A stretch of DNA of 59,758 bases, from contig CAZJGF010000001.1 in assembly GCA_964545665.1 (NCBI GenBank), forward strand, positions 1-59,758, in the 5' to 3' direction. Shown here piece by piece: positions 29,002 to 37,018 of this stretch (position 1 is its first letter; each line of letters opens with the position of its first letter). The position numbers and the translations under genes are program-made. Under the pieces are notes generated by a model. The model had not been told where the DNA came from. It did not search any database and worked only from the letters and a program-made list of their open reading frames with translations. The DNA comes from an uncultured Dehalococcoidales bacterium (GTDB lineage Bacteria; Chloroflexota; Dehalococcoidia; GIF9; AB-539-J10).

Positions 29002-30930
29002 ATGACGTTTCAGGAAATCCAGAACCGGGCGAAATCCGAATGGGAGAACCTTCAGAATAACGCCTATATCCTCATTGGCACAGCCACTTGTGGTAGGGCG
29101 GCTGGTGCTTTAAGCACCCTTGAGGCTTTCCAACAAGAGTTATCGCGGCGGAATATCGAGGTTAAGACCATCCAAGTTGGATGTATGGGGCTGTGCCATG
29201 CTGAGCCATTGGTCACTATATCCAAGCCTGATTCTTTCCGCGTCGTCTACGGGAACGTGACCTCCGAGCTTGTTCCCCGCCTGGTAGAAGGCTACATTGT
29301 GGGAGATGACCCCTGCCTTGAGCTTGCACTGGGTACCCTGGAGGGAGGCCAGGGAGAAGCCCCCTATATTCCGGAACTTCCTAGGTTTGAACACGAGCTC
29401 CGCCTTGTGTTCCGCCGCTGCGGCTACATCGACCCGGTGAATATAAATCATTACATCGCCAATGGTGGATATAGCAGCTTGGAAAAGGCATTAAGGAGGC
29501 AACCCGAAGAGATAATTGAGGAGGTAAAAAACTCAGAGTTGCGGGGGCGAGGTGGGGCTGGATTTCCTACTGGGCTGAAGTGGGAGTTTTGCCACAGCGC
29601 TAAAGGAGATCCGAAGTATGTGGTGTGTAATGCTGATGAGGGAGATCCAGGCGCATTTATGGACCGAGTTGTCTTGGAAAGTGACCCTCAGCAAGTTATC
29701 GAGGGAATGATTATTGGGGCTTATGTCATAAGTGCTAAGCAGGGTTACATCTATGTCCGTGTCGAGTATCCTTTAGCCGTTGAGCGGGTAAAGATTGCCT
29801 TAAAGCAAGCAGAGGAACTGGGTCTCTTGGGAGATAATATCCTAGAAAGCGGTTTTGGTTTCCATATAGAGCTAGCCATGGGAGCTGGTGCTTTCGTCTC
29901 TGGCGAGGAGACGGCACTCATGGCGGCTGTGGAAGGAGAGATGAGCACGCCCAGGCCGAGACCTCCTTATCCTGCTCAGGCGGGCTTATGGGGTAAACCT
30001 ACATTGCTGAATAACGTGAAAACTTTCGCCAACGTCCCGTTGATAATCGAGCGGGGGGCAGATTGGTTTTCCTCGATTGGCACTGAGGGAAGCAAGGGAA
30101 CAGCGGTGTTCACCCTGGCAGGCAAGGTTAACAATAAAGGATTGACCGAAGTGCCTATGGGAACAACGTTCCGTGAGATCATTTATGACATCGGTGGGGG
30201 AATCCCCGAATCCAAGTCATTTAAGGCAATACAGATTGGTGGTCCCTCAGGAGGCTGTATCCCAGCAAGCTTGCTTGATACTCCCATCGACTATGACTCC
30301 CTTCGTCAAGCTGGCTCCATGATGGGCTCGGGGGGACTAATTGTAATGGATGAGGATAACTGCATGGTTGATGCTGCAAGGTTTTTCTTGGATTTCACCA
30401 CAAAGGAGTCCTGTGGCAAATGCACCATGTGTCGTCTAGGAACCTTGCAAATGCACCAAATTCTTGAGGCTATTGTAGCCGGCAGAGCTGAACCTGAAGA
30501 CCTTAACCTCCTCTTTGAATTAGCTGAAGACGTCAAAGCAGGGTCGCTTTGTGCCTTAGGAGGAACAGCCCCAAATCCCATTCTTACTACTCTACGTTAC
30601 TTCCGAGATGAGTATGAAGCACATGTAATGGAAAAGCGCTGTCCTGCCAAGGTATGTCCTGAGCTCACCGCCTACTATATCCTTCCCGACAAGTGTGAAA
30701 GAAGCTGTGAGCATTGCGTGCTTACCTGTCCTACCGAGGCTGTTAAAGGCGAAAAAGGGGAGATAAAGGTTATTGATCAAGAGAAATGCGTTAATTGCGG
30801 CACTTGCCTGGATGTCTGCCCTCCTGAGTATGATGCGGTAGTGAAGCTATCGCCTATTAGCCAACTCCCCCCGGAAGATGCAGCAGCTAAAGAAAGGGGC
30901 ATAGCGCAGCGAGCACAACAGGTCGTATAG
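29002..30930 (+). CDS. nuoF: NuoF/HydB-like NADH- and FMN-binding subunit with a C-terminal 2x[4Fe-4S] ferredoxin domain (copy 1)
   Basis: GRGGAGFPTGLKWEF (FMN), ESCGKCTMCRLG and SLCALGGTAPNP (N3 cluster), and a C-terminal CEHCVLTCPTEA / CVNCGTCLDVCP. The N-terminal thioredoxin-like domain carries Cys motifs. Confidence 0.9.
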   Translation: MTFQEIQNRAKSEWENLQNNAYILIGTATCGRAAGALSTLEAFQQELSRRNIEVKTIQVGCMGLCHAEPLVTISKPDSFRVVYGNVTSELVPRLVEGYIVGDDPCLELALGTLEGGQGEAPYIPELPRFEHELRLVFRRCGYIDPVNINHYIANGGYSSLEKALRRQPEEIIEEVKNSELRGRGGAGFPTGLKWEFCHSAKGDPKYVVCNADEGDPGAFMDRVVLESDPQQVIEGMIIGAYVISAKQGYIYVRVEYPLAVERVKIALKQAEELGLLGDNILESGFGFHIELAMGAGAFVSGEETALMAAVEGEMSTPRPRPPYPAQAGLWGKPTLLNNVKTFANVPLIIERGADWFSSIGTEGSKGTAVFTLAGKVNNKGLTEVPMGTTFREIIYDIGGGIPESKSFKAIQIGGPSGGCIPASLLDTPIDYDSLRQAGSMMGSGGLIVMDEDNCMVDAARFFLDFTTKESCGKCTMCRLGTLQMHQILEAIVAGRAEPEDLNLLFELAEDVKAGSLCALGGTAPNPILTTLRYFRDEYEAHVMEKRCPAKVCPELTAYYILPDKCERSCEHCVLTCPTEAVKGEKGEIKVIDQEKCVNCGTCLDVCPPEYDAVVKLSPISQLPPEDAAAKERGIAQRAQQVV

Positions 30931-31694
30931 TGGTTAGGAAAATTGTTTCCACAGGAAGAGGAGGAGCCGGGAAATCAACTTTCGTCGCTCTTGTTAGCAA
31001 GTACCTGAAACCTCCAACATTGCTCATTGACCTTGATCCCGATCTCAGCCTCGCCGATATGCTTGGACTGGATTTTCAAAGGGAAGGGAAAAGGACTGTT
31101 TGCGAAGCGCTTTACGATGTCATTGAGAAAAGAAAAAGTAACATAAGCCCCACGATTACGACACATGATTCAATGGAATCTTTGCTATGGAGCGATTGTT
31201 TATACGAAGGAAAGAAAATTGACCTGATCAGCCTAGGAACAAAACTTACCGAAGGCTGTCTTTGTGCTGCAGATGAACTGCTCAGGAAAACAATTCCTAG
31301 GCTGGCTAAGAACTATACCAACGTGCTAATAGACTCACCAGCTGGGGTGGAACATCTGAATCGAAACATAGTGTCAGACATAAATGACCTCTTTGTCCTA
31401 TGCGATCCCTCTGACAAATCTTTGAAGCACATACCAAGGATCAAAGAAATTATCAAGCAAGTAGGAATTAGATACGGTCACTTCTACCTGGTGGCAAACT
31501 ATGAGTGCACCGAAGAGGCAGAGAGGTATCTACAGAATACAGGTGAAATCTACCTGGGCAGAATAGACTACGACGCTCGTTTGCAGCAGTACAACTTGGA
31601 GGGCAAATCTCTTCTCGAGTTGCCAGAGGATTCAGTTGCTTGTTTGTCTGTGAGAAGGATTCTGACGAAGGCAGGTTATCAAATCGGATCTTAA
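30930..31694 (+). CDS. CooC/AcsF-like ATPase with variant Walker A (tandem paralog 1)
   Basis: N-terminal STGRGGAGKST instead of GKGGVGKT, with the CxC motif retained (EGCLCAADE). The GTG start overlaps the nuoF stop. Confidence 0.7.
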   Translation: MVRKIVSTGRGGAGKSTFVALVSKYLKPPTLLIDLDPDLSLADMLGLDFQREGKRTVCEALYDVIEKRKSNISPTITTHDSMESLLWSDCLYEGKKIDLISLGTKLTEGCLCAADELLRKTIPRLAKNYTNVLIDSPAGVEHLNRNIVSDINDLFVLCDPSDKSLKHIPRIKEIIKQVGIRYGHFYLVANYECTEEAERYLQNTGEIYLGRIDYDARLQQYNLEGKSLLELPEDSVACLSVRRILTKAGYQIGS

Positions 31695-31701
31695 TTTGGC
31701 T

Positions 31702-32520
31702 ATGGGAAGAGTAATTGTTTCCACAGGGAGAGGAGGAGCAGGGAAATCGACTTTTGTGGCTTTGGCTAGCAAGTATTTGAATTCGCCGAAGCTGCTGATA
31801 GACCTCGACCCTGATGAGAGTCTAGCTGACATGCTTGGAGTAGATTTGAACGAGAAAGGCAAAAAGACCATCTCAAGCGCACTCTACGACGCTATAGAGG
31901 AGAACAAAGGGGTCGGTCGCTCGGGCTACAATCTCCTATCCGAGGTACTGCAACCTGTTTTGTACCGAGGGGCAGAATTTGACCTTATCGCCCTGGGAAC
32001 GAAGTTCACCGTGGGTTGTTATTGTGCTCCAGACGCAGTGCTCAAAGACTTCATCCCCACTCTGGTTAAAGATTATGACGAGGTACTAGTAGACGCACCT
32101 GCGGGGTTGGAGCACTTCAATCGCAAGGTGGTGGTAGATATAGATGACCTGTTTGTGCTTCTGGATCCATCCGAGAAGTCCATCAAGCATATAGAAAGAG
32201 TCAAAGATATTACCAGGGAACTGAAGGTTGGTTACAATCATCTGTACCTGATAGGGAACTACAGATTTACTGAGGAAACGGAAGAGTATTTACGAAGTGC
32301 GGGAGAAGCCTATCTAGGGAAGATAGACTACGATCCTAATGTCAAACGATATAATCTGGAAGGGAGATCTCTTCTTGAGTTGCCTGGGGATTCTCCCGCT
32401 GCCCTTTCTGTAAAGAGGATTCTAGCGAAGGCAGGCTATAGAATTACGGATGGGAATCTTGCTAGTGAGTCGAGCCAGAAAATAGCCAAGAGTTCACCTT
32501 TACGGGAGACTAGGAGGTGA
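31702..32520 (+). CDS. CooC/AcsF-like ATPase with variant Walker A (tandem paralog 2)
   Basis: STGRGGAGKST and VGCYCAPDA motifs. It is collinear with 30930-31694 at both protein and DNA level. ATG 31702 is preferred to TTG 31696. Confidence 0.7.
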   Translation: MGRVIVSTGRGGAGKSTFVALASKYLNSPKLLIDLDPDESLADMLGVDLNEKGKKTISSALYDAIEENKGVGRSGYNLLSEVLQPVLYRGAEFDLIALGTKFTVGCYCAPDAVLKDFIPTLVKDYDEVLVDAPAGLEHFNRKVVVDIDDLFVLLDPSEKSIKHIERVKDITRELKVGYNHLYLIGNYRFTEETEEYLRSAGEAYLGKIDYDPNVKRYNLEGRSLLELPGDSPAALSVKRILAKAGYRITDGNLASESSQKIAKSSPLRETRR

Positions 32521-32705
32521 ATGACAAACTTATGTCCGAAAAAGAAGAGGCGATTGGTGGTTTTGGGCTTTCACTTTCAGCTACAATCCCTCAAGACGCC
32601 TATATTGCTGATTTGGAGATAATAGTAACACCGCTGGCGGAGCTCCCCTGGGATTCCCCTCTTCCAGCCAAGGTGAAAGGAGTAGCGAACTTGCTTCAAC
32701 TATAA
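32517..32705 (+). CDS. Hypothetical small protein (weak call)
   Basis: 62-aa ORF overlapping the stop of the preceding gene by 4 nt. I recognised no motif, so only position and strand support it. Confidence 0.2.
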   Translation: MNDKLMSEKEEAIGGFGLSLSATIPQDAYIADLEIIVTPLAELPWDSPLPAKVKGVANLLQL

Positions 32706-32726
32706 CAGAAGTGCATATTTGCTATA

Positions 32727-32756
32727 TTGATAGGCTTCGGCCTAAGAGGTTAAAAT
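32727..32756 (+). promoter_or_regulatory. Candidate promoter upstream of the cNMP-domain gene / FDH unit
   Basis: TTGATA (32727-32732), an 18-nt spacer, then TAAAAT (32751-32756), about 58 nt upstream of ATG 32814. Confidence 0.35.
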
Positions 32757-32813
32757 TGTGTGCTTAGCAATAAATAAGCCGGGGATTAGGGACTTGTACA
32801 GGAGGTGACAACG

Positions 32814-33293
32814 ATGGTATCAGCTGAGATGTTAGCAGGTTTTCAATCGTTTGAAGGGTTGGAGGAAAGCGAGCTAGTGGAGATAGCTAGACTTTGCCAC
32901 CAGCGAAGTTACGAGAAAGATTCAGTCATTTTTACATCGGGGGGCTCAGCTGCAGGCATTTACCTTCTCAAAGATGGTGAAGTTCACATACAGGTTGAAC
33001 TCGTCATCTATGACCTGGAGGCCAGAGCAACCATCTACACAGTGAGAAAGGGTGAGACCTTCGGCTGGTCAGCCTTGGTACCACCACATAAGTTCACAGC
33101 ATCAGCTAGATGCGGGCAAAACTCTGAAGTCCTCACCATAGATGGCCAAGACTTGATGAACATCTTGAACAAGAATAACCATATAGGCTATCTGGTCATG
33201 AGGAACCTCAGCAACGTGATAAGTGCGAGGTTGGCTGCAACCATGGTAGCACTGAGACACCAGGTCCAGAGAGCCTCGGCCAGCAGGGTGTAA
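32814..33293 (+). CDS. Stand-alone cyclic-nucleotide-binding-like domain protein
   Basis: About 160 aa with the cNMP beta-roll pattern (IYLLKDGEV ... GETFGWSALV ... ASARC). No DNA-binding or other output domain is present. ATG 32814 lies 8 nt after GGAGG. Confidence 0.7.
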   Translation: MVSAEMLAGFQSFEGLEESELVEIARLCHQRSYEKDSVIFTSGGSAAGIYLLKDGEVHIQVELVIYDLEARATIYTVRKGETFGWSALVPPHKFTASARCGQNSEVLTIDGQDLMNILNKNNHIGYLVMRNLSNVISARLAATMVALRHQVQRASASRV

Positions 33294-33451
33294 ACATATT
33301 TGGTGCGCCCCGAGGCTAAAAGGGGAAAGCCTTTATCGGCTGTGGAGGAGGCGCCGCAATCATCCATAGAGGCGGCGGAAGAAGCGTGGACCAGGTGCGA
33401 GCAAATCTGGGAAGGTAAGCTAGATATTGAAACGTAATAGGGAGACGGTGG

Positions 33452-33907
33452 ATGAAAGTAAAGGAACGTTTGACTGAAATTCTGGCGCCGTACAAAGAGA
33501 AGAAAGGTGCCCTGATACCTGTCCTGCAGCAAGTCCAAGGTGAACTGGGCTATCTCCCCAAGGAAGCAGTATCTGGAATCGCCCGCTTCTTGGGTACCTC
33601 AGAGAGCGAGGTTTTTGGTGTGGCTAGCTTCTATGCTCAGTTTCGCTTTACTAGAGCTGGGAGGCACATTGTAAAAGTATGTCTGGGCACTTCTTGCTAT
33701 GTGCGGGGTGGAGCGCGTGTCATGGAAACGGTAGAGAAAGAACTTGGCATTAGGCAAGGAGAGACTAGAACCGACTATGAATTCAGTTTAGAGAGGGTTG
33801 CTTGCTTTGGTTGCTGCGCTTTGTCTCCAGTAATGGTGGTCGACAACGGTGTTTATAGCAGGATGACTCCGACAAAGGCAAAGCAAGTCTTGTCCTCTTA
33901 TTATTAG
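33452..33907 (+). CDS. nuoE: NuoE/HydC-like [2Fe-2S] subunit (copy 2)
   Basis: VCLGTSCYVRGG ... VACFGCCALSPV motifs. 151 aa, paralogous to 28476-28988. Confidence 0.85.
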   Translation: MKVKERLTEILAPYKEKKGALIPVLQQVQGELGYLPKEAVSGIARFLGTSESEVFGVASFYAQFRFTRAGRHIVKVCLGTSCYVRGGARVMETVEKELGIRQGETRTDYEFSLERVACFGCCALSPVMVVDNGVYSRMTPTKAKQVLSSYY

Positions 33908-33921
33908 CTTTGGAGGCTGGG

Positions 33922-36900
33922 ATGACCTTTGAAGAGATTCAGAGTCGAGCCGAATTGGAGTGGGAAACCTTAGCGCATAGTGAAAAGCCCCGCATCCTCG
34001 TTGGCGCTGCCACCTGTGGTCGCTCAGCGGGTGCGCTAAACGTGCTCCAGACTATTAATGATGAGCTAGCCAAGCGTAGTATTGATGCTATTGTGATACA
34101 GGTGGGATGTATCGGGCTATGTTATCTTGAGCCTTTGGTTGATATCATCAAGCCAGGTCGTCCTCGCATTTGCTATGGCAATATCACCCCCGAAATCGCA
34201 CCTGAACTTGTGGAAGACTACCTAATTAAGGACGATGCTCGCCCTGATTTAGCCCTGGGGACGATAGGTGATGGGGACATTAATGGCGTTCCCAGATTCT
34301 TTGATTTGCCCATGCTCAAACCACAGGTTCGCATCATTCTGAGAAATTGTGGGACTATTGATCCCGAAAATATTAATCACTATATTGCCAATGGTGGTTA
34401 TAATGGATTTGCTCGAGCGCTTGAGATGAGCCCAGAGGAAGTCATAGAAGAGATTAAGCGGTCAGGGCTTAGGGGACGAGGTGGTGCTGGCTTCCCTACA
34501 GGGCTGAAGTGGGAGTTCTGCCGTAAATCTCCTGGCAGGGGAAAATACCTCGTTTGCAATGCTGATGAAGGAGATCCGGGAGCCTTCATGAATCGGTCCG
34601 TTTTGGAAGGAGATCCACATGCTGTGCTGGAGGGCATGCTTATCGCTGCCTACGCTATAGGGGCAACACACGGCTATATCTATTGCCGCGCCGAATACCC
34701 ACTGGCACTGGAACGATTGAATATCGCCCTGGCTACGATGAAGGAGTACGGCCTTCTGGGGGAAAGCATCCTTGGTTCGAGCTTCAATTTCAACATAGAA
34801 ATCAAAGAGGGAGCAGGAGCTTTCGTCTGCGGCGAAGAGACGGCATTGATGGCTTCTATCGAGGGCAAAAGGGGCATGCCTCGTCCTCGTCCTCCCTTCC
34901 CCGCTCAATCCGGCATCTGGGGTAAACCAACCAACATCAACAATGTAGAGACCCTTGCCGCTGTGGCGGCGATTCTGCAAAGAGGCGCAGATTGGTATGC
35001 CCAATACGGAACGGAGAGGAGCAAGGGAACAAAGACCTTTGCTTTAGCCGGAAAGATAAAGCGCACCGGACTCATCGAAGTTCCCTTAGGCATCACCCTT
35101 CGTGAGATCATCTATGATATTGGTGGCGGTATTGCTGACGATAAGCCGTTTAAGGCAGTGCAGACTGGCGGTCCTTCAGGAGGTTGTCTTTCTGCTGACC
35201 AGCTTGATCTCCCTGTAGACTATGAGACCTTGACTAGGGCCGGTTCCATCATGGGCTCAGGTGGCATGATCGTTGCTGACGAGGATACTTGCATCGTTGA
35301 TTTTGCCAAGTTTTTCCTCACCTTCACTCAAGCCGAATCCTGTGGAAAATGTGTCCCCTGCCGAGTGGGCACAAGGCAGATGCTAGATATCTTGGAACGC
35401 ATAACCCGTGGAGAGGGGCAAGATGACGACATCGATAAACTACAGCAGCTTGCTGAAACGGTCAAGGATGGCTCGCTCTGTGCTTTGGGGAGAACGGCGC
35501 CTAATCCTGTCCTGACTACTCTCCGCTACTTTCATGATGAATATGAAGCTCACATCAAGAGAAAGAAATGTCCCGCTGCAGTCTGTAAAGGGCTGGTTAA
35601 AGCTCCCTGCAGCCATACCTGTCCTGCTGGGGTGGATGTACCCCGCTACCTCCGCTTCATTGGCCAAGGTAAGTTTGACGAGGCATTGGCTGTAGTTCGG
35701 GAGAAAATCCCTTTTCCCTCAGTCTGTGGGCGTGTCTGCCCTCATCCCTGTGAAGCCAAGTGCAGGCGAGGGGAGGTGGACGAACCAATTGCCATTAGAG
35801 CACTCAAGCGCTTTGCCGCTGAAAGGGGGAACGGACTCTGGAAAGTCAAAGCAAGAATGGCTCTGGCTACAGGTAAGCGAGTGGTCATCATTGGCTCTGG
35901 GCCAGCAGGACTGACCGCAGCCTACTACTTGGCGAAACGAGGGCATAGTGTCACTGTGCTCGAGGCGCTCCCTGAGCCAGGTGGCATGATGAGGTACGGC
36001 ATTCCTGAGTATCGTTTGCCCAGAGAAGTATTGGCCGAAGAGATTGAGGAGATAAAGGGTGTTGGCGTCAACATAGAGCTGAATACTAAAGCAAGCTCTT
36101 TGGACGAACTTTTCGCCCAAGGCTATAACGCCATTTTCCTCGCTATCGGTGCTCACCAAGGGGCTAAGCTTAACATAAAGGGGGAGGATAGCCCTGAGGT
36201 TATCGAGGCTGTGTCCTTCCTCAGGGAGATAAATATGGGGAATGAGATCAAGGTAGGCGGCAGGGTCGCTGTCATTGGCGGAGGCAATGCCGCCATAGAT
36301 GCCTCTCGCAGTGCTCTTCGTCTTGGTGGCAGAGAGGTAACCATTGTCTATCGCCGAAGCAGAACTGAGATGCCAGCAAGCGAGGAAGAGATAGAGGAGG
36401 CGATACATGAAGGGATAAGGATAGATTTCCTTGCCGCCCCAACTAGAATAGAGAGAAAAGATGCTGCGGTGGAGCTCATATGCATTCGCATGGAGTTGGG
36501 GGCAGTGGATGCCAGCGGTAGAAGGCGGCCAGTGCCAATCGAAGGCAGCGAATCTAGTTCGATCTTTGATACTGTGATTGCTGCCATCGGTCAGCTGCCA
36601 AAGGCTCCAGAGCAATTTGGGCTTCCTCTGGGAAAGGGAAATGTGTTCCAAGTTGACCCTTATACCTTAGCTACAGGCAGGGATGGGGTCTTTGCTGGCG
36701 GCGACGCCGTCACTGGACCAGCCACGGTCATCGAGGCTATCGCTGCCGGAAGGCAGGCGGCAACCTCGATTGATAAATACTTGGGCGGCAGCGGAGTTAT
36801 AGACGAAACGCTGGCATCGCCTGAGGAACTAGAGGCGCTGCCCGACATTGAGGAGGGGGAGAGGCATCGCAGCCCAATACCCACTCTGCCTTTAAACGAC

Positions 36901-37002
36901 CGACTTGGTAGCTTTGCTGAGGTGGAGCTTGGACTCAGCGAAGAGATAGCCACTGCGGAGGCAAGACGGTGCTTAAGGTGCGATTTGGAGGAGCGGGAGT
37001 AA
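33922..37002 (+). CDS. NuoF/HydB-like subunit fused to a GltD/NfnB-like NAD(P)H:FAD oxidoreductase module
   Basis: The N-terminal ~550 aa match the NuoF copy at 29002 (GRGGAGFPTGLKWEF, ESCGKCVPCRVG, SLCALGRTAPNP). From about 35570 onward the motifs are GltD-type: CPAGVDVPRY, CGRVCPHPCEAKCRR, IIGSGPAGLTAAYYL, GGMMRYGIPEYRLP, VIGGGNAAIDASR, GVFAGGDAVTGP. ATG 33922 gives the same MTFEEIQ start as the paralog. Confidence 0.9.
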   Translation: MTFEEIQSRAELEWETLAHSEKPRILVGAATCGRSAGALNVLQTINDELAKRSIDAIVIQVGCIGLCYLEPLVDIIKPGRPRICYGNITPEIAPELVEDYLIKDDARPDLALGTIGDGDINGVPRFFDLPMLKPQVRIILRNCGTIDPENINHYIANGGYNGFARALEMSPEEVIEEIKRSGLRGRGGAGFPTGLKWEFCRKSPGRGKYLVCNADEGDPGAFMNRSVLEGDPHAVLEGMLIAAYAIGATHGYIYCRAEYPLALERLNIALATMKEYGLLGESILGSSFNFNIEIKEGAGAFVCGEETALMASIEGKRGMPRPRPPFPAQSGIWGKPTNINNVETLAAVAAILQRGADWYAQYGTERSKGTKTFALAGKIKRTGLIEVPLGITLREIIYDIGGGIADDKPFKAVQTGGPSGGCLSADQLDLPVDYETLTRAGSIMGSGGMIVADEDTCIVDFAKFFLTFTQAESCGKCVPCRVGTRQMLDILERITRGEGQDDDIDKLQQLAETVKDGSLCALGRTAPNPVLTTLRYFHDEYEAHIKRKKCPAAVCKGLVKAPCSHTCPAGVDVPRYLRFIGQGKFDEALAVVREKIPFPSVCGRVCPHPCEAKCRRGEVDEPIAIRALKRFAAERGNGLWKVKARMALATGKRVVIIGSGPAGLTAAYYLAKRGHSVTVLEALPEPGGMMRYGIPEYRLPREVLAEEIEEIKGVGVNIELNTKASSLDELFAQGYNAIFLAIGAHQGAKLNIKGEDSPEVIEAVSFLREINMGNEIKVGGRVAVIGGGNAAIDASRSALRLGGREVTIVYRRSRTEMPASEEEIEEAIHEGIRIDFLAAPTRIERKDAAVELICIRMELGAVDASGRRRPVPIEGSESSSIFDTVIAAIGQLPKAPEQFGLPLGKGNVFQVDPYTLATGRDGVFAGGDAVTGPATVIEAIAAGRQAATSIDKYLGGSGVIDETLASPEELEALPDIEEGERHRSPIPTLPLNDRLGSFAEVELGLSEEIATAEARRCLRCDLEERE

Positions 37003-37018
37003 GTTTGATTACGAGCAG

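Noticed and set aside
35719-36651. Long antisense ORFs opposite the three GltD-like modules (310 aa at 35719-36651, 166 aa at 49345-49845, 235 aa at 56222-56929), plus many other opposite-strand ORFs in the track (for example 24033-24557, 34462-35004, 21921-22385).
   Set aside because: Each lies entirely inside a sense-strand gene with strong family motifs. None has a recognisable motif or RBS of its own. Their translations are low-complexity (Ser/Pro/Arg-rich), as expected from the antisense of GC-biased codons.
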